From: Nageia nagi
Taxonomy: Eukaryota; Plantae; Pinophyta
DNA: 64,000 nucleotides
Assembly (NCBI GenBank): GCA_050084985.1
Contig: JBITNC010000002.1
Span: 31,434,001 to 31,498,000, forward strand
Direction: 5' to 3'
Both the position numbers and the translations under genes were made by a program. The notes beneath the pieces were generated by a model. The model was not told the origin of the DNA and ran no database searches. It saw only the letters and a program-made list of their open reading frames with translations. Positions 1 through 11,841 of the stretch are shown piece by piece. Each line of letters starts with the position of its first letter. Positions within the stretch are counted from its first letter, which is position 1.

Positions 1-722
1 AGGCATCATTATAAATTTAAATAAGAGATATATGGGTCCCATGAACTAATTATGAGCTCCAAAGTGGGATGTCTCCCTCATAGGTATAGATCAAGAGCAT
101 TTAAGTGTCATAATATGAATCCCAAGGCATAATTCATGATTAGAAGCTAGATGCATGATTTGGAGTGATCCTAAGGAACAATACAAACACCCAAGCATGA
201 CATCTTCTTGAGAGGTGTGAGTGGATACCCAACCTTGAGGATTATTTTATATTTGAATAGCACAACATTTTGGAGGTATCTTGAGCATTTTTTGATATCT
301 TCTATCTTTTGAATGGCAACACCATATCTTGGTCCTATCATTAGAATAAACCTAATATGGAGAAGAGCATAATGGGATGTATCTTGCATTAGGCTATTAG
401 ATAAGGATGAAAACCCTTAGAACATATATACTTGTAGCTAAATTTAGGGGTTTAAGGCCTTAGCAATGTGATGTCAGCTTCCAATAGTTTTTGGAGTGTG
501 TATACCCTAGATTTAGTCCTTTGAGCTAGACATCAAACCTCTTGGGCCTATTTGGTTGTATCTTTATCATTTCATGGTTCATATTGAGATGTTGGTATTT
601 CTCTCTCATCTTGGTTTATCTATTGGATATTTTTATGGTGTTATTGCTTTTTCTTGCTCATTTCCTAAATTATTGTTTGTTCATTAATAATATTGTGATA
701 CAAATAATTTAGGGATGTTACA
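1..722 (+). mobile_element. 3' portion of an LTR (3' LTR or solo LTR) running in from the left edge
   Basis: Ends in GGGATGTTACA (canonical ...CA terminus) at 722, with a TATA-like tatatacttgta near 425. No PBS follows; it abuts the integrase remnant TCATGTAGAAG that continues at 21537. Confidence 0.55.
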
Positions 723-733
723 TCATGTAGAAG

Positions 734-2551
734 TATGATGAGCCATTTTCGGGATCGCTTCTCAAATGTGACCTAGGAGAGGGAAATTTGGCTTCTAGCT
801 TTTGAATAGGTCAAAATAATCTCAAACATGCACAAATATCTAATGACTTTCTAGGCATGAAACATACAAAGTAAACTTATAGAAAATGCCTTCAAACCCC
901 AATGTACAACTATGATGAGCAATTATGAAAAATATACAAGCAAACATATCCAATATTCCAATGACTTGAGCAAGAGGAAAAATGATACTTAAATAGTGAA
1001 AAAATATTCCATAAATCCAATATCCTAGTTGGAGAGCCCAAATAGATATTAAGCAATGAAAAAGATACTCTAGATACAATGTTGCAACCAAGAAGAAAAA
1101 ATAGCAATTCGATAATAGAAAGATGCTTACAAATCCAATGTCCAATCATAGAGAGAAAAATAGCAATATTTCAACAATAGAAAGTAATTATATTGATAAA
1201 GCAATTATAAAGTGAAATTACAATATTTTTATCAACCTACAAAGTTTGTACTAGGACTATCTCCTATAGGGTTATTTTACATGGCTTTGAAGCCTCACCA
1301 ATCCCATAAGCAGTGAGGCAAGACTAGGTCTCCTCTATAACAACTATGATGGAACCAACAAAATTCCTCTTAAGATGGCTAGAGTAAGTTTGAAGGTAGC
1401 CTCCTATCCCCTTGATATCTCAAATGAGTTTGAAGGTGGCCTCCTATCCCCTCGATACCTCAAATGGAGGTTAACCCATAAGTGGCTAAGATAGAGTCTC
1501 CACTCAATCTGAAATAAAAGGGTTTTTAATCAAATTTAACATATCTCATAATGGCTATGAGTCCTCCTTTTATAAGTGAGGGTGATCATATTTTAATTTT
1601 ACATTAAGATGATTCAATGGTGGAAATATGTGATCCATGTGCTCATGTATGCAACATCCAAGATAGGGAGCCTTAAGATAAATGAAATCACATCCAAGGG
1701 AAAAAAGGCCATCATCCAAGAGGGAGTGATAATGAAGTGCCTTGTGATTAGTACCATTAGTCCATGTGCCTAGGAAGACCAACTTGGGATCATGGGATGC
1801 TCCCATGCCAAATGTCCATGCTCTAGGGCCTTCTACTTGCTTTGGGATTACCAAATCTTAGTTTGAAGTGCCATGTCTATCCTTAGAGCTCCAAATGACC
1901 TTGTAGTCAGTGCATTCACCTAGGGGGATGCTCTACCTTTAGGAGGGGAGCACTAATGACTAGAGACACATTTAATGCCAATATTACAATGATTAAGGCT
2001 AAAATATGCAATGCCTCATTGAGGGAGACTAATATTTCATTTATAATTAATAATTACCTTAATATTAATTATATAACATTATTGGCATAAGTAATTATCA
2101 AGTTACTCCTATCATGCTAAAGTCAGCCCAACATTCCTAATTGGAGCAATTAACTAGTCTCCAAGTGGAACTTGTGATAAAGGGCTTATTACAATGAAAT
2201 GCTCTTAACTAAATATAAAACACTCTTGAATTAACTAAGTAATCATTGCACATCCTTAAAGGAAGGCTGTCACCTTTCTAGGAGTAAACTAGAAAGAGAA
2301 TTCTGGATTCCTATATGCATGCACAATATGAGCAGTTTGGTTTGACAAGTGCAGTTTGGTTTGACAAGTGAACTTCAAAGTGCCATAACTTTCTCATCTC
2401 TTGACTAAAATAGGTCATGTAACCTATCAAAATCATTTTCACAAGGTCCTCTTTCCATTTCTAGTGTTGAAACACCAATTTATAGCTTGTATAATACGTA
2501 ATATCCTCAAAATAAAAAATAAATGAAACCTTAAAAATTAGAGACATTACA
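734..2551 (-). repeat. 3' LTR of element A
   Basis: Colinear with 19838-21536, 22708-23835 and 37763-39049. Ends GAGACATTACA. Carries a private 19-bp duplication (cagtttggtttgacaagtg x2, ~2333-2370). Confidence 0.85.
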
Positions 2552-2566
2552 AGATCATACCTCCAA
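2552..2566 (-). other. Degenerate polypurine tract of element A
   Basis: Minus strand reads ttggaggtatgatct immediately before the LTR TGTAATG. The equivalent position in B (23836-23850) is agagagggtggact. Confidence 0.6.
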
Positions 2567-3214
2567 AATTGCTTGACCCCAAGCAATGCTAAATCATTTG
2601 CTAAACTGATAATATTCCAAATTTTTTCTAAACTAGGTTCTTCATGATTCCCCTATGTAATTTTGATGTTGCATGCAAAAAGTATCACTATAAGGGTTCT
2701 AAATCCTTATTACCATTCAAGGATGCCAAGAAATACCATGAAGTATTCATGTTGTGCCTAAGACACCTTCCAAAACTATCTCCCAAGTATTTTAGAGCCT
2801 TTCTCAACCTTATTGGAGAGTTTAATGTGCCCTAAGTTTCCCAAATAAGTTCCAAATTGCATAAGTGCATTTGTAGCCTTGTGAATGATGCTTAATGGCA
2901 TGGCATCATGCTTCCAAATGTCCAATGTACTTTTTATAACAACTTATGAGTTAAATATGTAACATGATACCTTGATGCTAAAATCCTTCTTCAAAATTAT
3001 CCATAACATCTTTATGATCACCTCCTTGCATGATGCAACATGAATGTTTCCTATTTGAATAACCTTATATAATATTATGGTGTAGGGAGTAGTGTTTGGG
3101 CTCCACATTTCTAAAATATTAGTCACCTATATTGGGTACCCAACTCTTATTCCATTATCTTCATTATTTATCCCTACATCATTCGTGAGTGGAGATTCAA
3201 AACATACTTCCAAT

Positions 3215-5140
3215 GTTACTATATTCCTCCAGAATAACACTAAAAATTTAGGTAATTCTACTATTTTTCATTATTTATTATTCCATTCTTTAGTACTTGG
3301 GAGCTATGTATATTTATGACTTGTAAGATTTTTGTAGAAATTCTTCTCTTATTCTCATTGCTTTTCCTTAAAATCTTGATAGTTATTTTTAGTAAATAAA
3401 GTCACTTGGGAGTTTTGTCATTCTTTAGTACCCAAGAGCTATGTATATAAGAGTACTTAGGAGTTATGTCAATAAGCCTTGTGCCAATTTTATGTTCTTT
3501 TATTCTTTAGTAACTAGGAGTTGAAAATCCTTCTGAATCATGTCATCTTCTCCAAGTATACTCAAGAAGTCATGAATATAAAAGTTCTTAGAGTCATATT
3601 TATTACTTTAGAGTCTTTAGGAATTATTGGCACAAATGTCTAAAACTTGTACATATTCAGAGTTCCATTTTTAAAGAATATCAATGGTGCCCAAGGATTT
3701 TGGAGGATGATGTCATAGTTTTTGATCAAAATTAGTGGGTCTTAGAATAAGGAATGATAGGTGAAGACTTTTGAAGAACATTAATAGAGCTCGATGATTT
3801 CATAGGGTGATGTCACATTTTTTTATGAAAATCAATAGGTCTTAGAAGAACCAGATCATCAACAGTGCTTGGGGATTTTGAAAGATGATGTCATAAATTT
3901 TGGCTACAATCAACAGGTCCCAGAAGAACCAGATCATCAATTATGCTTAAGGATTTTGAAGGATTATATCATAAATTTTAGCTAAAATCAATGGGTCCCA
4001 AAATAATCAGATCATCAACAAAGCTCGAAAGAACATAGAGCTCACTAATAAAGTAAAAGAGTAATGCATGAGAAAGAATGCTTGGGTCCACTTCATCTTA
4101 AGTGTTTGACCCTTGAGACCCTATTAATGTGTTGAAGCCAACTCATTTCTAAATAATAATGGCAATCCTTCTCAATTCAAGTGAACATAATGTCTACCAA
4201 CCATCATTAATCTAATTATTGACATCAATAGTAGATCATAACTATTGCAAAGAAGCAAATGGAGGCTAATAAAGCATACAACCAAATCATACCAATTAGT
4301 GTGCAATCAAATAACTACTCAATTAGCTATAGTGCTACCTTTCATAAAAAATAATGTTATATTTAATTAGCTATAGGGTTGAGGAAGGAGCAATCAATGA
4401 CATGTCAGAAAGATTGTGACTCTATGGACATGGCTGACCAGAAGTTACAAATCCCTAGATAGTTTAGATAGTTGATGTTGATTAGTACTTGTTCACTATA
4501 TAATCTAGCAGAGTTGTAAGATTTATGTAAATAGTGCTATTATAGTTATTTCATTCAATTCTAGTAGTAATGTACATTAATGATATTCAACCACCCAAAG
4601 AAGGGAGAGTTGTATAAATAACTAGTTTTTTATAAATTAAGAAGGTTGAACATTTTAACAAATTTTCCTTAATTTGTAAAAGCAATTCACATACGATAAT
4701 GCAAATAGACAATGCTTTGCTCTCTTGCAACAAAATGGTTATTTCTTGCTTTTGTGAATGTTATGTGTGGAATGTTTTCTTCAAATTATGGCTATATATT
4801 ATGATTATGAGACCCCAAGTGCAAGATAGTCTGCTATTCTTAATCTTGGATATGGATTGTTACTTGTGTTGTGATGCTCAAGTTGTAAATTTCTTATTTT
4901 AGTTATTTATTTACTTATTTCTTTCCTATAACTCTTTAGCTTTTTATTCCTTTCCTTTTACTTTTGACCTTAAACAAAGGTAGGAACTAACCTATTAATT
5001 AGAGATTGGGCAAAAAATAACACCAGCGCATCCCCACCACCTTTTACTCTTTCAAGGAACTTACCATTGCGAGAAGTGGAGAACATGACTAGACCAAACC
5101 CTTGAGGTTATGCTATATTGATCAATAGTAGCCAGTTTCA
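3215..5140 (+). repeat. 5' LTR of element C (left boundary approximate)
   Basis: Colinear with ~15640-17587. Ends GCCAGTTTCA at 5140, 4 nt before the PBS. Contains ~80-bp tandem subrepeats (gattttgaaggatgatgtcataaattttggctaaaatcaa...gaaccagatcatcaa) at ~3690-4020. Confidence 0.85.
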
Positions 5141-5144
5141 TTTT

Positions 5145-5162
5145 TGGTATGCTTGATGGGAC
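5145..5162 (+). other. Primer binding site, tRNA-Arg type (decayed)
   Basis: TGGTATGCTTGATGGGAC differs from the Tat-type PBS TGGCACGCCCGGTGGGAC only by C>T/G>A transitions, and lies 4 nt after the LTR end. Confidence 0.7.
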
Positions 5163-5513
5163 CTAAGCTAAATTTCATATTTAGCAAGCATTGTTAGGTC
5201 TAATAGCCTCGTCTAGTGGGTTATCAAATTGATCCTTCAAGATCATAAGGTTTTTGTAACCTTGTTGGTGACTCTACTATAAACCAGTTAATGTTTTTGA
5301 ACCTTGGCACCTCCAAAATGTAGACTAACTAGAAGTAGTGCCAAAAATTCCCTTAGATAGCATAGATTTCAAGATTTGTCACTTCCTCATAGGAGGATTA
5401 GATGAAAGATATCTTAGGTTATGTCTCCTTTGATCCCTTTGAGGGCTACACTTTTATCAATTGTATTTGACTCATTCCTAGAAAATCCTTTGCTTCCTAT
5501 ACATTCTCCAAGT

Positions 5514-6600
5514 ATGGCTCAGCCAACAGATGTTTCTACCTAGAATAATAGTCATCCTTTGGTTGTAGCTAGTAATTCATCGCCTATACCTCAAGCAGCT
5601 TTTAAAATTTTGCCTAAGTATGATGGCTTTGAAAAGATGCCATATGAGCACTATCAAGATGTATCATTGTTAGCTTCAAGTTTTGACATCACTAATGAAA
5701 CTATGATGATAAGGTTATTGTCACACTCTTTTGAAGGAAAAGTAGCTAAATGGTTTAGAACTCTCACCTACCAATCTATAAATTCATGGGGAGAGTTATG
5801 TCAGGCCCTAATTAAAATATTGTTTTATAGATGGTGATGATAGCATGTTCCTTAGCCTTATAGCATGTATCAAAAGGAATCTACATGAATCTATTGATGA
5901 TTTTAATATCAAGTTTGAAATAAATGGAAATCCATACCAGCAAGGATAAGATTAAAAATGCTCAAGCTCTAGTATATTATCAAAAAGCTTTTCTTCCTAA
6001 CCTTAATATGCTTATTGTTATGTCAGGAGGTACATTCCCATATGTTTACTAGATAGCAAAGACTACAGAACATACCTTGGTGTCCTTTGGTAAAATGTAA
6101 CCTAGAATAATCATGCCTATATTTCTAAGTTTGCCTCCTAAATAGACTCCACAAATAGGTCACCTTGGAGTTCTGGCCTTATCACCTCCTCCCAAACCTA
6201 CTATTCAAAATTAGCTACCAACATTACCTACTCTTTCATCCATAAGCATTGGTATTGAACCTAAATCTCAAGAAGAGGAGAGAATAAGGTAGTTAGACAT
6301 AACTATAAGAAATCTAACCAACAAACTCACTTTACAAGAAAGGTAGAATTATGGCCTTAACTATAGAAGATATGATACCCAATATCAACCAAGATTCTAA
6401 CCTAAGGTCAATTAGCTAGAATAGTCTAATCCTCTTAAAAATATTGAGAATGTTGTTATGACTAGTTCTATAAATAGTGTTGCTTCAAGCATTATAGAGT
6501 GGTGTCCACCATGTTTAGATCCTCATTTTTTAGATTCATGTGTGGTATATCAACATCAATATTTGGGGTTACATTCTAACTAGATGGTAGAACCTAATTT
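5514..6600 (+). pseudogene. gag: Retrotransposon gag of element C (stops/frameshifts)
   Basis: ORF 5559-5837 LPKYDG...MIRLLSHSFEGKVAKWFRTL..SINSWGELCQA is a Retrotrans_gag pattern. In-frame ATG at 5514. Right end approximate. Confidence 0.85.
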
Positions 6601-7190
6601 AGATCCTATTATTGACCTCAAAATGGTCAACTTTTGGGTTGTAGAATTTGCTGGAGAATAAGCAAATTATGTTCAAACTAGAGCAACTTCTTTAACAACC
6701 CCATAGTAGCCTCAAGCCATTCAACAGTATTGATCTCCCACTCAAGCCCAACCTGAACCCAAGAAAGCTAAGACTCCCTTAACTCAACCTCAAAACTAAC
6801 ATCATCAAGTCCCATTTAATTCAAGTATTATTCCCACAAGTTCAAGTGCTACTCTATCAAACCTAGGTACTAGTGCTCTGAGTGAAACAAACCCTATTGT
6901 AATAAGAAAATAAGTCCTAGAGAAAGAATGACCCAGCATATTGAGATATCCTTTTATCACTAATTATCATAAAAAAGGCTACTCAACATTTTAGAACACA
7001 TTAGTAAGTTGAACCAAGTAAGTCCATCCCATATGCTTTGTATAATATTATAGAAGAATTGAAGAAAACTCTTTTTAAGATGATAATTTTTGATGCATTA
7101 AATATTCCAGGTCAATTAGATTTTCTATAATAAACTTTAAAGTTAATAAATAGTAAAAATAGGACAAATGAAGAAAATCATATCTATGAT

Positions 7191-7560
7191 TTGTCTGAAG
7201 TTGTCTTACTAGCTCCAATAGGTATAACAAGACCTCCACCTTCCTATTTATCCTTGAGAATAGAAGGATGGGTAGTAAACAATTGTATGATTGATACTAG
7301 AGCTACTATAACTATTATCTCCAAAGTTGTTGTAGATGAAATAAAATTGTACATTACAAGATGCATTGATAGCGTCATACAGTTAGATTCTTCCTCAGTA
7401 GATGTTGTTGGTAGTGCTAAAGATGTTCAAATAACCTTGAATGCTTCCTTTATATCATGTTATCTAAGACATTATTGTAGTTGATCTTCCACCTCTATTT
7501 AGAATTTATCTTTCTAGAGAATTTACTACTAAATTGGAAGGGTACCTAGCCTTAGACTAT
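7191..7560 (+). pseudogene. Aspartic protease of element C
   Basis: PPSYLSLRIEGWVVNNCMIDTRATITI is a decayed D(T/S)GA active-site context. Confidence 0.8.
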
Positions 7561-7839
7561 AGTCATCTTCTACTTCCTTTCCAAAATAAATAGATAAAGA
7601 TTCTAAATGAGGGCACTAAAACTATCCATCTTAAGAGGCTAAATGAAGTAAATTGCATAAATGATCCATAACTAGTGGAAATATTTGAAAGTGACATACT
7701 AAGGGAATCACTACTGATAACTGAAGTTCTATCAACCAATAATCTAAATTATCAGGTCACAGATGCTAGCATGGGTAATTATTGTCTATATGAAAAAGTT
7801 CAACTAGTTTCAGTTACTTATGATAAAGAACATCAGGTA

Positions 7840-8230
7840 TGGATGATGTATTTTGATAGTTCTTGATGTAGACATGAATGTGGAGCTAGAGTGGTCTTCA
7901 AATATTCAAAGGGGAATACCAAAAGATTCTCCTTTAAATTCAGATGGACTTGTACAAAAAATGTTGCTGAGTATGAAGCCCTTTGCTTAGGGCTATCTAA
8001 AACAATTAGTATAGGTATTAAATGCTTGATTGTCCATGGTGATTTTGAGTTAGTCATCAAGTAAGTTAAAAATCAAATCAGTGCAAAGCACCATTATCTG
8101 AATAACTATAGGAATAGAGTGTGGAATTTATTGAAGTCATTTTTGGCTATCAATTTTGTATCTATTCCTAGAAAGCACAACCAAATAGCTGATGCACTTG
8201 CTAGAAGAGGAGCATGTTATAACCTTGCTC
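7840..8230 (+). pseudogene. Additional 'archaeal-type' RNase H (aRH) of element C, located between PR and RT
   Basis: WMMYFDSS*...GARVV...CTKNVAEYEALCLGL...LIVHGDFELVI...FVSIPRKHNQIADALA matches RNase HI motifs (FDG, NNxAEYEAL, GDSxLV, NxxADxLA). Confidence 0.85.
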
Positions 8231-8649
8231 ATCACAAAAGAGGAGCTCTTGGAGTCAAAGTTAAATGTAGGCCTTTAGTACTTGATGTTGCAAACTTCTA
8301 GCAAGTATTTGAATCTGATGAGCATATTATCAATGTCCTTGTAGATGAAGCAGTGGCTCACACTTTTGGTACTCAAGAGATGCCTGATTGTTTCCAAGAA
8401 TGAGATGTCATTAAACTTAGAAACAATGTAATGCCAAAATGAATGCTCTCTTTTGAGAGACTATTTGATTTAGAAGATGTCCTAAAGGCCAAGTCTTTGG
8501 TCATTTTAAAGGAGAATTATATTGAGCTAGAGGTAGAGCCCAATAAGCACATGAAACTTGGTTCAGAGTGTTCTATGGTAGAAAAGGCTACTATGTATTA
8601 GATTTATCATGAGTTTCCCAAGTGATTGCTTGGAATTATGATGATTTTA

Positions 8650-9330
8650 AGACATATGACAAAGATGTCATCCAACACATGGTTGAGCTTGAACTAGAAG
8701 CTAAACCATATAGGTAAAAATAGAGACCTGTAAATCCAAAAATAGAAGAAGCTATGAAACAAGAGTTAATCAACCTCCTAGATTCAAAAATTATTTATCC
8801 TATCAAGCATTCTTCTTGGGTTGCAAATTTAGTTCCTATGAGAAAGAAAAATGGAGAAATCAAACTTTGTGTTGATTTCAAAAATTTGAATAAAGTGTCC
8901 TTGAAAGATAATTATCCCCTCCTTCCTATGGAGCAAGTCCTACATATAGTAGTCAAAGCTTGCTATTTTTTAATGATCAATGGTTACTTAGGATTTAACC
9001 TAACTTGGGTGAAGGATGAAGATTATTTCAAGATAGCATTTACGACTAAATGGGGCATATTTGCTTTTCAAAGGATACCATTTGGTCTTTCTAATGCAAG
9101 AGCTACTTTTCAAAGAGCCATGGATCATGCATTTAGAGAGCTAATAAATAAGATTATATTGATCTATCTAGATGGTATAACTATCTTCTCCAAAAATACA
9201 AGTGATCACTGGAACATCTAAGATTAGTCTTTGAAAATTGCATGAAGTTTGGCATTTTAATCAACCCAAAAAGTTAATTTTTATAGTCAAACAAGGAAAC
9301 CTGCTTGGCCATATTATCTCAAAAGAGTGG
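8650..9330 (+). pseudogene. Reverse transcriptase of element C
   Basis: ORF 8754-9221: SSWVANLVPMRKKNGEIKLCVDFKNLNK...FTTKWG..IPFGLSNARATFQRAM...IYLDGITIFS (YLDD decayed). Confidence 0.95.
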
Positions 9331-9589
9331 CTAGCAATTGATCCAAATAGAGTAAAAGCTATAGAAGCATTTTCACTTCCCTCTAACAAGAAGGACTTAC
9401 AATCATTCCTTGGCTAGATCAATTTTGTTAGAAAATTTATTAATAATTTTTTAGAAATTATATCTCCAATCACTTCAAGCCAAAAAAATATATTGTATTT
9501 TTTTGGTCTTGTGAAGCAAAAGTAGCCTTCAAAGAGATAAAAAAGGCTATAACAGAAGCTCCTATGCTTAAAAATATTGATATGTCAAA

Positions 9590-9992
9590 AGATTTTATCA
9601 TGTATGCACATGGAGCAGATAAGAGCATTGCTGCAATTCTCTTGCAAAAGGATGATAATAATGAGGAACACCTAATTGCCTTTCATAGTTAGACACTGTA
9701 TCAACACTAACAAAGATACTCATTTATTAAAAAGTAAGTGTTTTTCATTATGAAAAGACTTAAAAAGTTCAAGCATTATGTCTCCCACAGTAGAATCCTT
9801 GTATATACTATTCATCCAAAAGTAAGAAATTATATTATACAAGGAGATCTAGGTGAAGGAAGAGCTAGTTGGATCACTAAAATAATGGAATATGATATAG
9901 AGATCAAGCCAACCAAGTTGATCAAAGGTAGGGATGTCTATGAGACTATGGCTGAAACTTTACATATGATTGCTCTAGTGGAGGATGAATAG
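9590..9992 (+). pseudogene. Retroelement RNase H of element C
   Basis: FIMYAHG..SIAAILLQKD...EHLIAFHS and LKKFKHYV...GRASWITKIMEYDIEIKPTKLIKG. Confidence 0.85.
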
Positions 9993-10059
9993 CAACTTAA
10001 TCAAGAAAGTGATTAGATTAAATAAATTATTATTTATTTTCAAACAAGTGCCCTAAAGC

Positions 10060-11265
10060 TCTAGATAGATTTCAAAAAAGGAGATTCAAGTTTCATGCCC
10101 TTAAATTTGTTATGATAGATGATCACTTGTATAGAAATTTTTTTTATCAAACCCTTCTCAGATGTGTGATTGAAGATGAATCCTAAAGAATATTGCATGA
10201 ATTTCATTATGAATTCTCTATCAAGCATTATAGTGGACCTAATACCGTAACAAGGGTGTTACAAGTAGGATATTATTGGCCCAATATATTTCAAGATTCA
10301 TTTAAGATTGCATGAGAATGTGATAAGTGTAACAAATTTATGGGAAAGAGAAGACAAGCTACCATGTCTCTCAAACCTGTGATAGTTGAAGAACCTTTTC
10401 AATAATGGGGTATGGACTTTGTTGGTGTCATAAACCCTAATTCCTTAGTAGGCCACAAATTTATTTTGATTGCAATAGACTACTTCATTAGGTGGTCAGA
10501 GGCTATTCCATGCAAAAGTCCAGATCAAGAAGTAATGATAGAAATGATTAAAAGGATAATCATTGCTTTAAAATCCCACAAACTATAGTGTTAGATAATG
10601 GTCTAGCATTTATTGAAGGTAATCTATTAAGATTTGTAGCTCAATATGGAATCTATTGGTTATTCTCTTCAAACTATTACCATAGGGTAATGGGTTAGCT
10701 AATTAACTAACAAAAATCTAACCCAAATTATCAAGAAAATAATTGAAAGAAATCCTAGATAGTGGCATACACAGTTGGACTATGCATTTTGGGTTGATAG
10801 AATTAGTATAAAATTAGCAATAAAGACATCCCCATATGCATTGGTATGTGGCAAAAGACCATTGTTGCCAGTACACATGGAGTTACTAGCTTTAAAAATC
10901 CTATAAGAAATGGAAGACCATTACTTTGAGCCATTATAGTACAGATATAATCAACTCTTGAAATTGGAGGAAGATTGCAACAAAGCATATGAGTTATTCT
11001 AACATTGCCAGCACATCATCAAGAGGTGGTTTAATAAGAAAAAGTCTTCTTGGGTGAAGTTTGAACCAGGTGATATTGTCCTTAAATGGGATGAGGAAAG
11101 AGCAAGACCAAAAAGACATCAAAAATTTGACTCTTTTTGGAGCAAGACCTACATCATTACCTAGGCCATGCAAAATAATGCATTTAAGTTACAAGTTGTT
11201 ATCAGGTCCTAAGAATTACCTGTTCCCATCAACAGGATCTATTTAAAATATTACCAAGTGATGAG
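10060..11265 (+). pseudogene. Integrase of element C
   Basis: Zn-finger remnants (EFH...GYYWPNIFQDS...ECDKC), WGMDFVGVINP, AIDYFIRWSEAI, IVLDNGLAF, and a C-terminal FEPGDIVLKWD...KFDSFWS GPY-like region. Confidence 0.9.
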
Positions 11266-11841
11266 GTAAACTTGTATTCCCTGCAAGACATTGTATAGTA
11301 TAGATATTGTAAATATTTATTTCAAAAAACAATTATTATTGCATAGTTTTCAAAAAAGTAAATAGTCTTTAATGATCAAATTTAATTCAATATTATTAGG
11401 AGTTAATGTTAGCATCATGCCTAGCTGTCAACTTTAATTCAACTTAGTCAAGAATCAATGCTAACATGTTACCTAGTTGTCACTGAATTAAATAGCATTT
11501 AAGGAAAGATTTCCTTAGATTTCATGAACCACCATACAAGTACTACAAATTAAATCTAATGTGCTTTGAATTTATTAATCCAGCTTATGCTAGCTCAATC
11601 TGTACAATGCATGGGTCTCAAGATCCTCAATAAGTAATTACCATTAATGGAAATCTTGTCAACCTTGGATAAATAAAACTCATCCCATGCTCTATAGTTC
11701 AACACTTAGCAAATTTTGAGCACTCAAGTTTTTAGAGCATTTAGAGCGGAGAGATTTCAAAGCCAAGTTGTATTGAGAAAAAGAGAAGTTGGTGATCAAT
11801 TTTTGATGATTATTAGAGGTTCAAAGAAAGATGATAATATC

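Noticed and set aside
171-3319. Short hydrophobic ORFs (e.g. 840-1145, 910-1149, 1570-1854) as membrane proteins
   Set aside because: They lie mostly in LTR sequence, are not kept open in the other LTR copies, and reflect AT-rich composition.
3690-4020. Regularly spaced ~80-bp repeats (also 16130-16480) as a possible CRISPR-like array
   Set aside because: Whole units are degenerate tandem copies with no unique spacers, they are present in both LTRs of element C, and the context is eukaryotic.
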